From assembly GCA_002104905.1 (NCBI GenBank), contig MCFE01000177.1, positions 62,001 to 126,000 of the forward strand: 64,000 nt of DNA, given 5' to 3'. Under the pieces are notes generated by a model, which worked only from the letters and a program-made list of their open reading frames with translations, did no database searches and was not told the origin of the DNA. Every line of letters begins with the position of its first letter. The stretch's first letter is position 1. Made by a program: the position numbers and the translations under genes. Source of the DNA: Basidiobolus meristosporus CBS 931.73. Taxonomy: Eukaryota; Fungi; Basidiobolomycota. Of this stretch, positions 12,648-25,456 are shown piece by piece.

Positions 12648-13874
12648 TTATACCCTCTAGCACTTAGGCCCTCTGAGTCAGATATTTATGAATAACAAAC
12701 CAAGACAGGTATAGTGGGATAGATTCTTGCAGCATTGTAACAAAAGTCTCCATTACCTTGCTACCTTCTATTGGAAACTATTTTCTCCAGTATTGTGGGT
12801 GATATAGAGGGGCTACTTTACATGAAGATGTGGAATTTTGTTTCACAATTTGTAGCAAAATATAGGTATGCTAGTCCAGAAGTAATAAAGCAATTAGAAT
12901 TTAGCATATACACAGTATTCAAGCAACAAGTCAGTGACAGGATTTGAGCTGCTTAAATACATGCACACTATCAAGCAATTTCAAGAAAAGACTGGCGTAA
13001 TACTAGCATTGCTTCAGCTGAGCTCCAACTTTCCCCACCAAGGTTACTTATAAGGTATTGGGTACCAGCTCATATTACACAAGTAGACATTCATGTTGGG
13101 GGGAAGCTAGGTCAGCTTGCCTACATGCTGAACTCAGATATCAACCAGCTTTTACTTCAATCAATAATTGCAGTTAGCAGTAGTAACAAAATATCAGCAA
13201 TATTGAATCAGAACACCAGCTAAAAATTTCATAAAATTCCACTTTGACTCTTCTCATAGCATTGTAAGGCCAATTGTGTAGATATCTGCCACTACTATAG
13301 TCATCACCTACTCTATCTTGCAGGGTGTGTACAGATCATGAGATGTTGCTACATCATTTGAAAGCTACCTGAGGAGCTGATATGTGGGGAGATATAAAGA
13401 CAAATAAGCTCAGAAGTACTGCCATATCTAAATCTCTGCATGACTATTAGCTTCAAATACCTCGGTGATGAGATCAGCTTGCGTAATGGTGATAGCCAGG
13501 AAGAATGGGATAATAATCAGCAGATATATATACAGAAACACTGAGCCCTTTAGCATTAAGAAGCCAAGCAGCCGCAATGGATGTGTAGTCAGTTAAGTAG
13601 CCTTGGACTCAACAAGTGGCCAATTACTGATAGGAAAGTTTTGCCAAATTAAACTTGGTCTCTCCATGACACAAACTAGTTTCTATACCATCAAAAACAG
13701 TGTTGATTCAAAAAGAACCAGAGCCCACAAATATTTTTGATTTGAAGCCTGTAGGGACAATGGTTATATTGGTTAATTACTAAGATATAAATGGTGGATA
13801 TTCAACAGGTATTTATTGCAAATGTAGCGGCAATCAAACCTATGCATGAAAAAGACCTGTTTTACCGGCAATAC

Positions 13875-14242
13875 TGTTGAAATATTGGACTATTTGGTAT
13901 CATTCAGCAGCTAAAAATTTACTTAACAATTCTAGGCTAGTCTTAGTCACTGTAGGACTCATTTACTGCCTTAACTTTGCCACTTTCTCCAGATATATGA
14001 TCTTATGATTATTCCCCTATAGTCAGGATCAAATTAGCACTATACCAAACATTATGTACTAACCCTGAAACTGTTACAGAATGCTCCTGAATATTGAGAA
14101 ACCCTCCCTACTTAGTGTTGCAGCTGTATTACTTCTACAAAGGTATAAATACTGAGCTTCTTTATGAATAAACAACAGTTCAACAATTATCACTATTTCT
14201 TGATAAGTTCCTTATATCCAAATCACTTCTTAAATTGCAACA
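13875..14242 (+). repeat. 5' LTR, Copia A
   Basis: TGTTG...CAACA termini, 368 bp. Confidence 0.98.
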
Positions 14243-14278
14243 GGTTATGAGCCCCAATTGCCTTAATCTATTCTAAAG

Positions 14279-17200
14279 ATGACTTCTACCAGCAAACAAA
14301 GCAATACCAACATCTTCCCTGTAAAGGAGAGGTTTGATGGGAAGAACTACAGACTTTGGAGAATCAAGATGCAGATCCACCTTGAGGAAAGAAAGCTTTG
14401 GAACATAGTAACAGGAAAGGAAGTTGAGCCCAAAGGAACAGCAGAAGATGTGGAGAAGTTTCAAGAGAAGGAGAGAAAGGCCTTCAATGCAATATGCATC
14501 AATGTGCAAGACTCCTTCATTGGACAAATCCATGCCTCAAATACTGCCAAAGCAGCATGGGAATCCTTAGAGAAGATCTTTAGAGCAAAGTCAGTATCAA
14601 GCAAGCTTTATTTGAAACGAAAGTTCTTCAACATGAGAAAAAAGCCAGATGATGACATGCTACAACTCATTACCAGAATGGAGACACTTGCAGAAGAACT
14701 TTACAGTATTAATGCTGGTGTAGATGATGAAGAAAAGATACTCTGTCTGCTTTGCAGCCTACCAGACGAGTATGAGCCACTCATACTTTCTTTTGAAAGC
14801 AGAGAAGACAACTTGACTTTAGACTATGTCAAAGGAAGACTTCTCCATGAAGAACTCAGACGTAATGATCAAGCAGAGAAAATTGAAGATAATGCTTTAT
14901 TCAGTTCAGAAAGGCATACAGAAAAGAAGGGAAAGCAACAAAACCAAAGAAAACCTGGCTGCTGTAACTACTGTAAGAAGCCAGGACACTGGGCAAGAGA
15001 ATGCAAGAAGAAACAAGCAGACGAAAAGCAGAAACTAGAGCAGGCAAACCATATAACTACTGATGCACAGTTATTTGTCACTGTACAAGAGAGTGCAAGT
15101 AACCAAAGTAATGAATGGTATATTGACTCTGGAGCATCACAGCATATTTGTGGTATAAAGGATTGGTTCAGCAACTTAAAGACTATTCCCGTAAGAAAGG
15201 TTTATCTGGGAGATAACTCTGCATTGGAAGCTACCGCTAGTGGGTCTATACAACTAAATATGAGTGATAACTCAGGGGCAACAACAGCAAAACTGACTGA
15301 CGTACTCTATGTACCTGGAATAGCTAAGAACCTACTCTCAGTCAGTAAAGCAACTATTCAGGGACTGAAATTCGTTTTTACTAAGCTGAGCTGCTCAATA
15401 TTGAGTGAAAATGGACAAAATTAGCTTTGGGAATCAGAGATCACAATATATACAAGTTACAATGCAAGATCATTGTACCTGAGTATGTCAACATTGCTGA
15501 AACTGATGAAACCAACTGGGAGACGTGGCATAGGAGGCTAGGACACATAGGGGAACAGAAAATGAGCCAATTGGTGAAAAATCAGCTTGTTTTGGGCCTA
15601 AAATACTCAATTCCGATCAAATTGAATGTTTGTAAGGGATGTTCATATGGCAAACAAGCTAGGCAACGTTTCAAGAGCTCAGAAGGCATTAATACCACCG
15701 AGATATTGGCTATTGTACACTCAGACATATGTGGCCCCATGAGAACACTGTCCTTTGGAGCCAAGAGATACTTTATGACGTTTATTGATGACAAGACAAG
15801 ATATACATGGGTGTACTTCCTCAAAACAAAGGATTAAGCTTTAGAGACATTTAAGCACTTCAAGAACATGGCAGAAACACAAACTGGGTGTAAATTGAAG
15901 GTACTACGAAGTGACAATGGAGGAGAATACTGCTCAAAGGAGTTTGCAAAATACTGCTTGTCTACTGGTATACTTCAACAGACCACAGTTCCTCATACTC
16001 CACAGCAAAATAGAGTAGCAGAACGTGCAAATAGAACAATAGTAGAGATGGGAAGATCTATGCTACATGATAAGGGAATGGACTACAAGTTTTGGGCTGA
16101 ATCTGTTGCTACCGCTGTATACATCAAGAACAGATGCCCAACAACAGCACTACGTGAATCTACACCCTTTGAAGCATATACAGGCAAAAAACCAGATCTC
16201 CAGCACCTCAGGATCTTTGGCAGTGATGTTTTTTATCACATCCCTGACAAAAAGCGCTCAAAGTTGGAACCAAAGAGTAGAAAAGGGATCTTTCTTGGGT
16301 ATTGTGAAGATACTAAAGGGTATAGAGTGTATGATGGCAAAATTCAGAAGCTGATCAAGAGCAGGGATGTTGTATTTGAGGAGAATTCAGATCAGAAAGC
16401 CACAGAAATCATTGGCCAGCTGCCTGATGATGCAATCAACACAAATGAGGAAGATACGTACCAAATCCAGCCAGAGATGGAAGATACTTCTACCAGTTCC
16501 AGATCAGATCAGATTATCCCAGTTAGGAGATCTACCAGAATAAGAAGTGCCCCTGGATCCTGGTGGCAGACATCCAATGATCATGAAGAAGCTTATCTTG
16601 CCTTATGTGCCAAACCTCAGAATCTGGAACAGGCAATGCAAGGTCCAGATGCTACTAAGTGGCAACAAGCCATGCAGGAGGAGTACCAATCACTGATCAA
16701 GGCAAAAACGTGGGAACTGGTAGATTTACCAAATGGGAGAAAGCCAATAGGATGTAGATGGGTCTACAAGATCAAGATAACCTCAAATGGTGCCGTTGAT
16801 AAGTACAAGGCTAGATTGGTAGCTAAAGGCTATTCCCAGATCCAGGGACTAGACTTTAAGGAAACATTTGCTCCGGTTGCCAAGTTTAACTCTATTAGGA
16901 CAGTTCTAGCCCTGGCAGCTGTACACAGTCTAGATCTACACCAAATGGACGTCAAAACAGCCTTTCTAAATGGGGACTTGCAAGAAACTATATATATGGA
17001 GCAACCAGAAGGTTTTACCGATCCAAAAAGCCCCCATAAGGTGTGCAAACTTAGAAAATCGTTGTATGGGCTTAGGCAGGCACCCAGAGCATGGTATAAC
17101 AAGATTGACACATATCTAGAGGAAATTGGGTTCTCTTGTAGCACTGCAGATCACAGTATATATGTGAAACAGCTCAAAAAGGGTGTGATCATCCTAGTTC

Positions 17201-18162
17201 TTTATGTGGACGACCTAATTATAGCTACAAGTGATCAAGAGGCACTTAAACAGACAAAATCAGATCTCTTCAGCAAGTTTGAGATGAAAGATCTTGGAAA
17301 ATTGAGCTATTTTCTTGGAATTGAGGTCAAATTTGACATACCTACGCAGAAAATTGTGCTGAATCAGTCTAAGTACATCAGGGACATTCTTAGACGCTTC
17401 AAAATGGAAAATTGCAAGCCTGCAACAACCCCTATGGACAATAACCTAAAATTAAGCAAATCTCAGCCAGTTATGGATGAAAACGGCTCAAATATGGACC
17501 AAAACTTTCCCTATCAATCAATGGTCAGTAGCCTAATGTACTTGATGGTGTCTACACGTCCAGATATTGCAGTAGCAGTTGGAATAGTCAGTCAATTCAT
17601 GCAGAATTATGGATCAGATCAAATTGCAGCAGTCAAGCGGATTTTCAGATATCTACAAGGTACCATAAATATGGTACCGGAATACTCTGGAGCAGCTAAT
17701 AGGCGAAAATTTGATGGTTATAGTGATTCAGATTGGGGTAGAGATCTGATTGACAGACGCTCCACCACAGGCTATGTATTTCTTTATGCTGGTGCAGCTA
17801 TTACTTGGAATTGCAAGAAACAACCAACTGTGGCACTATCTACAACTGAAGCCAAATATATGGCTGCATGTCAAGCAACTAAGGAGGCTATATGGCTACA
17901 AAAATTATTCAAAGACTTAGGTTTTAATTCAGGTGAACCAACATGTATTTACAAGGATAATCAAAGTTGTATTTCATTAGCTAGAAATCCTACTAATCAC
18001 GCCAGAACTAAGCACATTGATATACAGCATCACTTTGTGAGGGAAGCTGTAGAAAATAACTTAGTAGAGCTGGTTTACTGCCCAACTGACAAAATGGTGG
18101 CAGACATATTGACAAAACCACTAGCTAGGCCACAGTTTGAGATCCTTAGAGAGAAATTGTGA
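14279..18162 (+). pseudogene. Copia A gag-pol, interrupted by one frameshift (~15420) and one in-frame stop (15835-15837)
   Basis: Motifs CNYCKKPGHWAREC, WYIDSGAS, WHRRLGH...[30 protein letters not shown] and ADILTK across ORFs 14279-15424, 15427-15837 and 15868-18162. Confidence 0.95.
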
Positions 18163-18189
18163 TTAAGAAATTATTTAGTTGAGGGGGAG

Positions 18190-18558
18190 TGTTGAAATAT
18201 TGGACTATTTGGTATCATTCAGCAGCTAAAAATTTACTTAACAATTCTAGGCTAGTCTTAGTCACTGTAGGACTCATTTACTGCCTTAACTTTGCCACTT
18301 TCTCCAGATATATGATCTTATGATTATTCCCCTATAGTCAGGATCAAATTAGCACTATTACCAAACATTATGTACTAACCCTGAAACTGTTACAGAATGC
18401 TCCTGAATATTGAGAAACCCTCCCTACTTAGTGTTGCAGCTGTATTACTTCTACAAAGGTATAAATACTGAGCTTCTTTATGAATAAACAACAGTTCAAC
18501 AATTATCACTATTTCTTGATAAGTTCCTTATATCCAAATCACTTCTTAAATTGCAACA
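18190..18558 (+). repeat. 3' LTR, Copia A
   Basis: 369 bp, near-identical to the 5' LTR. Confidence 0.98.
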
Positions 18559-19035
18559 AATACAAGGTGTATGACTACTTTGAAAAGCACATACTGAAAG
18601 CAATTAGGCTGAGGTGATAGAAGTATGTCATATGCAGCAGGTAAGCACACTTGTAAGTGGTGGTGAGCAGGAGGCCATAATTTTTATTACTTAAGCAATA
18701 TGCAGAATTACCACTCTTGTCAAGAGTTGCTCCTAAACTAGCATAATTCTTTAGTGGAAAATATGAGTGGCAAAAGGGGAGGTGACAAATTGAAATTACT
18801 TTTTGTAATTTGACATGGAAGTATCATATTGAACTATCTGAATGTTGCCATATTGCTGTATCTATGTCAACCAAGGTCCACAAAAGGCTGCAAAATCACT
18901 ATAACATTCTTTGCTATATAGGTACCAGTTGAGGTCTTCTCAAATGAATTCAGACCACATTGGAGCCACCCAAAGCCATGCCAACTTTGCAAAAAGACCA
19001 GTGTGTTTACTACTATGATTCCTTGTATGGACAGA

Positions 19036-19766
19036 GGACTTGTTTGGTTGGAGAGTGCCACCTTGATCTATGAGTGCCAAATAATGCCATAGTGTGCCAG
19101 AGAGGCGAAGTGAACATATACTTGGCCACAGAGTGTGAAACATAGCTCTGCATCTACATGCAAAGCCACCCCTGTGTTTCACCATGATGTAGGAGAAAAT
19201 CTATTTTTTGACATTTTTGTGTGAATCAATGTTGTGCAGGATGTGCAAGATCACAGAAGAACTGAAGATATGCATCAGGCAATCAATACCCATGGCACTC
19301 TGAATCTAGCTTTTGTGGCTTGTAACATGTCAGAAAATGCATGGTGCCATCTTAGTCCACTGATACAATCTGGCACTATAAGTGCTTTGTATAGATCTTA
19401 CTTTAGGGCTAATTATTAAATATAGTGCCAGATAGTACCAGTGGACCAAGATAGTGCCATGCATTTTCAGACTTGTTACAAGCCACAGGAGCTAGATTCA
19501 GGGTGCCACGGATATTGAGTATTGGGTGTATATCTTCAATCCTGTTTTGCTTTCACACATCCTGCACAACTTTGACCTAAAAAAAAAGGTCAAAGAATGG
19601 ATTTTCTCCAACACAATGGGTGAAACATAGGGGCAGCTTTGCATGAAGATGCAGCGCTATGTTTCAAATTCTGTGGTCAAGTATAGGTTCATTTGGCCTC
19701 CCTGGCAGACTATGACAGCATTTAGTACTCATGGCTCAATGTGGCACTATCCAATGGAACAAGTCT
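19036..19766. mobile_element. Foldback/MITE-like palindromic element, copy A
   Basis: Inverted arms 19036-19380 and 19421-19766, 40-bp spacer, flanking AGA/AGA. Confidence 0.88.
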
Positions 19767-19902
19767 AGAGCATTACTGTCATAAACCCATTATAAAACTG
19801 CTCTGAGGGTAGCAACTCTCAGGTGGCTGACATTGTAGGATCTTTTGAAGTATTAGAGCAATACATTGGAAGTGAATTGGAGAATTAGAAGATTTTCATA
19901 AT

Positions 19903-20634
19903 AGACTTGCTCTGTTGGATAATGCTGCATAGAGCCATGAGTGCAAAATAGTGCCATTGCAGACAAGAGAGGCATAGCAGACCTGAACTTGGTCACCGAG
20001 TGTGAAACATAGCTCTGCATCTTCATGCAATGCTTCCCCTATGTGTCACCCATTTTACTGAACAAAATTCATTTTTTGACCTTTTTTTTGGATCAATGTC
20101 GTGTAGGATGTGTAAGAGCACATAAGGACTGAAGACATGCATCTGGTACCCAATACCCATGGCACCCTGAATCTAGCTCCTGTAGCTTGTATCATGTTAC
20201 AAAAATGCATAGCAGGATCTTGGTCCACTGGTGCTATCAGGCACTATATTTAAATATTAGCTCTAAAGTATGACCTATACAAAGCACTTAGAATGCCAAA
20301 TAGTACCAGTGGACCAAGATAGTACCATTCATTTTTGTGACACAAAACAAGCAACAGGAGCTAGATTCAGAGTGCCATGGGTATTGAGTACCATGTGCAT
20401 GTCTTCAATCCTTCTGTGCTCTTATACATCATGCAGAACATTGATTCAAAAAAAAGGTCAAAAAATGAATTTTGTCCAGTACAATGGGTGAAACATAGAG
20501 GCTGCTTTGCATAAAGATGCAGAGCTATGTTTCACACTCTGTGGCCAAGTATAGGCTTGCTTGGTCTCCCTGGCACACTGTGGCATCATTTGGCACTCAA
20601 GGCTCAATGTGGTATTATCCAATGGAACAAGTCT
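19903..20634. mobile_element. Foldback/MITE-like palindromic element, copy B
   Basis: Termini AGACTTG...CAAGTCT, 40-bp spacer 20249-20288 in opposite orientation to copy A, flanks AAT/ATT. Confidence 0.88.
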
Positions 20635-21099
20635 ATTCACTTGTTGATTTATGAGTTGCAATACAACATTTATATTTATTGCAGAAATACATATGTATAC
20701 CCATTTAGTCATTATTAGGGAGTTCTCAGGAGCATATGGGCCAAGTTTCAGCACATTTGGACAAATTTCAGATTTTCCTCATATTTTGTACTTCATTAAT
20801 TCCCAATTATAAGCAAATATCTTACAAACTAATTTCTAAGTTGATAATCTGAAATTCATCATCTCACTAAGACCTAGCTCATATATATTAATAGTCAGGT
20901 GGACTCCAATTATATCAATAGGTGCCTCATTGCTGTATCTTAACAGCTGACTTAGATTGGGCCTACCCATCATGACAAAGCTATCTTTCTTATGGCTTTC
21001 TGCATGCAATATCATCTGACAAAAGTTTTTAAGGAATACTTGGGTTCTATCTCTATCCAGATTTGAGCGGACTACAGTCTCAAGCTTTTCAATTGACCA

Positions 21100-22620
21100 T
21101 TGTTTAGCTGCAATCCCCCAAGTAACCAGCTTCTTAACATACTAATATGCAGAGCTCATCATTCTCAGAAATGTCAGTGTACAAAAAGTGTTCATATTCT
21201 AATCAGCAAAAGTGTTACTATCTAAAACTTGACAGGAAATCAGCATTGTTCACTAGCTACAGAGATGTATATTATCTTTGCCAGTATTTGAGCATACATA
21301 GGAAAGATTCAAAATTAGTAAACAATGCCTGCTATGAGTGTTATTTACAAGCAGTGTCACTAGGGTGGGATGGCAATTGGAATAGATTCATGCGCATACC
21401 AGCACTACCAGGTCCAGCACCTCATCTGTTAGTCTTTGCAATATTCCGGTGCATATTCTTAAGCACTGCTCATTGAGAAGTGCAGCAACCTCTTAATGAG
21501 CCAATTGATATTACAAAATTCCACTGTAAGCATTGCTATAGTCTTTTGAGTTGTTACCATTGTTGCTTTGTCTCACAGTGGGATCTCAATGCTGTCTATA
21601 ATGCAGGACATGGAGGCTGTGGTAGGCAGATTGAATTTCTCTGCAAACTCATCCACCTTGCTGGATTGTAGCTCAACTAGCTGTACTTCCAACTCTTCAG
21701 AGAGCAGCTTTTGTCTTGCTGGTTATTCTTTTTGGCTATGATGGAACTCAGCCTGTCCTGGGCTAACAGCATTAAATGGTGAGAACTCCAGCTGTTTTCT
21801 CATGCTTCCCCATCTCTGGCTTGGGTAGACCATTTCCACTTTAGCCTTTTTTTATTACTGCCAAGTGCATATTGTATTGTACTCTGTATTTTCCTTGATG
21901 AATGTAGCACTGGTGCATCCAGTTTGGCCTGCTTGTCCATTGCCAGCTCTATCCTGACAACAAAATGTTTCTTTCCACTTGATTGGAGCTTCCAGCCCTG
22001 CTTGTGATGGGCTCCTGAGAAAGCCATGAGTTTTTAGCTCCATCAAGTCCTTCACTGAGACTGTGTCTGAGTGTTTCTTTTACTAAATAATATTTTCTCC
22101 TTAAAAAATACTGCTCTGATGCATCTGTTACTGCCTGCCTGGCTCTTACTGACCCTATTCTGGCTACCCAAGATTTCTTTACTACTTGTTTGGAGCATTC
22201 AGCCCTGCTTGTGGCAAGCTCTTGAGTAAGTCAGTAGTCTCAGCCATGGCACACTTATCCTTCTGCCTCTGATAGTCTCTGCTCTTCTTCAGATACTTGC
22301 TTAGCATATCAATGCAGACCAAAAATCTGTTTGCCGGCTTGAATCCTGGATAATGCTCAGGGTACAAGTAAAGAATGTGAGTACTAAATGTAATACCCAT
22401 TCTTTGCCCAAGAGCTCCTCCCAAGTTCTGCCCAAAGTCTCTCCAGTATCCTCCTTATGAGTCACTCATATATCCTTCCTCCTCTTCCTGTCCTCACCTA
22501 ATGAGAATGCTTACCATAACATGAAGGTGCTCACACCCCTATTTTAAAACACATTGCTTATTGCATAAGCCCCTCTCAAAGACATAAATATATACCCAAC
22601 TGAGACAAGTGGAAGGGGAC
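21100..22620 (-). mobile_element. Decayed second ORF and upstream region of the CACTA-like element (unidentified product)
   Basis: Homologous to 2400-3580 and 54900-55400. Lies divergently from the transposase fossil. Confidence 0.45.
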
Positions 22621-23608
22621 AAACTTTTCAATGTAATAAACATAGTCTTTATTACCTTGCTACCTTTTATCAGAAGCTATTCTGAATAGAGTGGTACTGA
22701 CTTGATCTACAAGCTCTCCCAACTACCAAGTACAGTCAGTAATAGCCCACAAAGCACACTCTGCTTAGTCTTAAGTTCCTGGTGGTCCCATGGTACGCTG
22801 GCCTTAAGGTGTTGGCATACTAGACTTCTGACAGCCTAAACTAGATAGCTAATGCTAATAACTAATCAGGGTAAACATCATATGGGGATAATGCTAATAA
22901 TATGGGCAAAAGAAGAATGGATTATACTGATAAGGTAAAAAATTGATAAGTACAACATAATAGCTATATGAGTAAACTTGTCTGTGGGAGGTATGTTTAC
23001 ACTACCACACCACAATTTTATTTATAAAGCTAAATATGGTGGGTCATCATTGAATCTTGTATTCATGTATGTGCAATATCTCAAATACAAGACTGTTTTA
23101 AATTCATATGAGTATTGCCCAGAAAAATGATACAATAGCATTACATTGTTGAGTGTCAAACTGCTTACCCCATGGACAAGAATACTGTTATTCAGCTCTA
23201 TAAGAGAAGAGAAAAAGACCATGTGGCTGTTGTAGTAGCCTCTCAGCCATGATGTATGCAGGCGGCACACAAATTATCACAAGGATCATGGTCAGTGTTT
23301 TGCCATGCCAGCCATATTTGACCATTCTTCAGTCACTATTGTACTAAAAATATCCTGCTGGCCAGTTTATACTCCTACAATGACACCTGGCCATACTTGT
23401 CACCTTGGGCAAACTGAGTCAGGTGAGTTTGTGACACCTTTAAGCTCACCCAGCCTTCTTAATATGACACACAGAGTAATAGCTCTGAAGAAGCAGGCTG
23501 ACTGATAGATTGTGAGCCTTTGTCACCTAACAACAATACCCTGCATGAGCCAGGCAAAGACCCAATATTCAATGAGACAACACCTGTGAAAAAATTGCTT
23601 AGGATACT

Positions 23609-24342
23609 AGACCTGTTCCGTTGGATAGTGCCACATTGAGCCATGGGTGCCAAAAGATGCCACAGTGTCCCAGGGAGGCCAAGTGAGCCTATATTTGGCC
23701 ACAAAGTGTGAAACATAGCTCTGCATCTTCATGCAAAGCAGCCCCTGTGTTTCACCCATTGTACTGGAGAAAATCCATTTTTTGACCTTTTTTTTTGGAT
23801 CAACATTACTCAGAATGTGTGAGAGCACAAAACAATTGAAGACATGCATCTGGTACTCAATACCCATGGCACTTTGAATCTAGCTCTTATGGCTTGTATT
23901 GTGTCATAAAAGTGCATAGCACTATCTTGGTCCACTGGAACTATCTGGCACTATAAGTGCTATATATAGGTCTTACTTTAGGGCTAATATTTAAATATAG
24001 TGCCTGATAGTACCAGTGGACCAGGATAGTGCCATGCATTTTTGTGACATGATACAAGCTACAGGAGCTAGATTCAGAGTGCCATGGGTATTGAGTACCA
24101 GATGCATGTCTTCAATTGTTTTGTGCTCTCACACATTCTGAGTAATGTTGATCCAAAAAAAAAGGTCAAAAAATGGACTTTCTCCAGCACAATGAGTGAA
24201 ACACAGGGGCTGCTTTGCATGCAGATGCAGAGCTGTGTTTCACACTCTGTGGCCAAATATAGGCTCACTTGGACTCCTTGGCACACTATGGCATCATTTG
24301 GCACTCATGGCTCAATGTGGCACTATCCAACAGAACAAGTCT
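23609..24342. mobile_element. Foldback/MITE-like palindromic element, copy C
   Basis: 734 bp, arms 23609-23955 and 23996-24342, 40-bp spacer, TSD ACT/ACT. Confidence 0.92.
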
Positions 24343-24722
24343 ACTTTATGAAGTCAAGTGAGCTCAGTAACCCATCCACTGGTGAATGATGTGGTGTTGT
24401 GGCTAGAGTTGTGCCACTAATTACAGCAATGGGGGCTTTGATGATTTTCTATTACTTCTTGCCAAAACCATTCCAGGATGCAACTTACCATGTACATGGT
24501 TTAAGTTGATAACCATCATGTGGCTGGCAACACATGACCCAGAGACTCTCCTGATTCCAGCATGTGATAACAGATACATGGCATTCACATCAGATTATGC
24601 CACCATTGCATGGTGTCCAACTTGTCAGGAATCCACCACCATTAGGGGAAAACACTGTACACACTGAAGATATATTGCAGTAATATCGCATCTAAAGAAG
24701 CTTTTGCAGTCTGATAAATATT

Positions 24723-25456
24723 AGACTTGTTCCGTTAGATAGTGCCACATTGAGCAATGCATGCCAAATGATGCCATAGTGTGCCAAGGAGGCCAAGTGA
24801 GCCTATACTTGGCCACAGAGTGTGAAACACAGCTCTGTATCTTCAAGCAAAGCAGCCCCTGTGTTTCACCCATTGAGCTGGAGAAAATCCATTTTTTGAC
24901 CTTTTTTTCTGGATCAACATTGTACAGGATGTGTGAGAGCACAGAGGGACTCAAGACAAGCATTGGGTACCCAATACCCATGGCACTCTGTATCTAGCTC
25001 TTGTAGCTTGTATCATGTCACAAAAATGAATGGCACTATCTTGGTCCACTGGTACTATCTGGCACTATATTTAATTATTAGCCCTAAAGTAAAGCCTATA
25101 TAAAGCACTTATAGTGCCAGATAGTACCAGTGGACCAAGATAGTGCCATTCATTTTTGTGACATGATACAAGCTACAGGAGCTAGATTCAGAGTGCCATG
25201 GGTATTGGGTACCCAATGCTTGTCTTGAATCTTTTTGTGCTCTTACACATCCTGCACAACATTGATCCAAAAAAAAAGGTCAAAAAATGGATTTTCTCCA
25301 GCTCAATGGGTGAAACACAGGGGCTGCTTTGCATGAAGATGCAGAGCTGTGTTTCACACTCTGTGGCCAAGTATAGGCTCACTTGGCCTCCCTGGCACAC
25401 TATGGCATCATTTGGCACTCATGGCTCAATGTGGCACTATCCAACGGAACAAGTCT
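24723..25456. mobile_element. Foldback/MITE-like palindromic element, copy D
   Basis: 734 bp, arms 24723-25069 and 25110-25456, 40-bp spacer, TSD ATT/ATT. The paralogous empty site at 56061-56080 has a single ATT. Confidence 0.93.

Larger units (their letters stand above)
13875..18558 (+). mobile_element. Ty1/Copia retrotransposon family A, full length, very recent insertion
   Basis: LTRs 13875-14242 and 18190-18558 differ by one 1-bp indel. 5-bp TSD AATAC. PBS GGTTATGAGCCC at 14243-14254. PPT GAGGGGGAG before 18190. Copia order gag-PR-IN-RT-RH. Confidence 0.98.

Noticed and set aside
13270-13450. F-box-like string KLPEELICGEI in decayed DNA
   Set aside because: Short, flanked by stops, no supporting downstream domain.
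18930-19035. HW...VYYYDSL resembling a Ulp1/C48 protease remnant at the site hit by foldback A
   Set aside because: Needs a frameshift and no convincing Q.N..DCG catalytic motif was found. Too weak without a profile search.
21480-21760. Resemblance of the minus-strand translation (RQKLLSEELEVQLVEL...NWLIKRLL) to a pogo/CENP-B HTH
   Set aside because: No DDE_1-type catalytic domain follows. The similarity could be chance.
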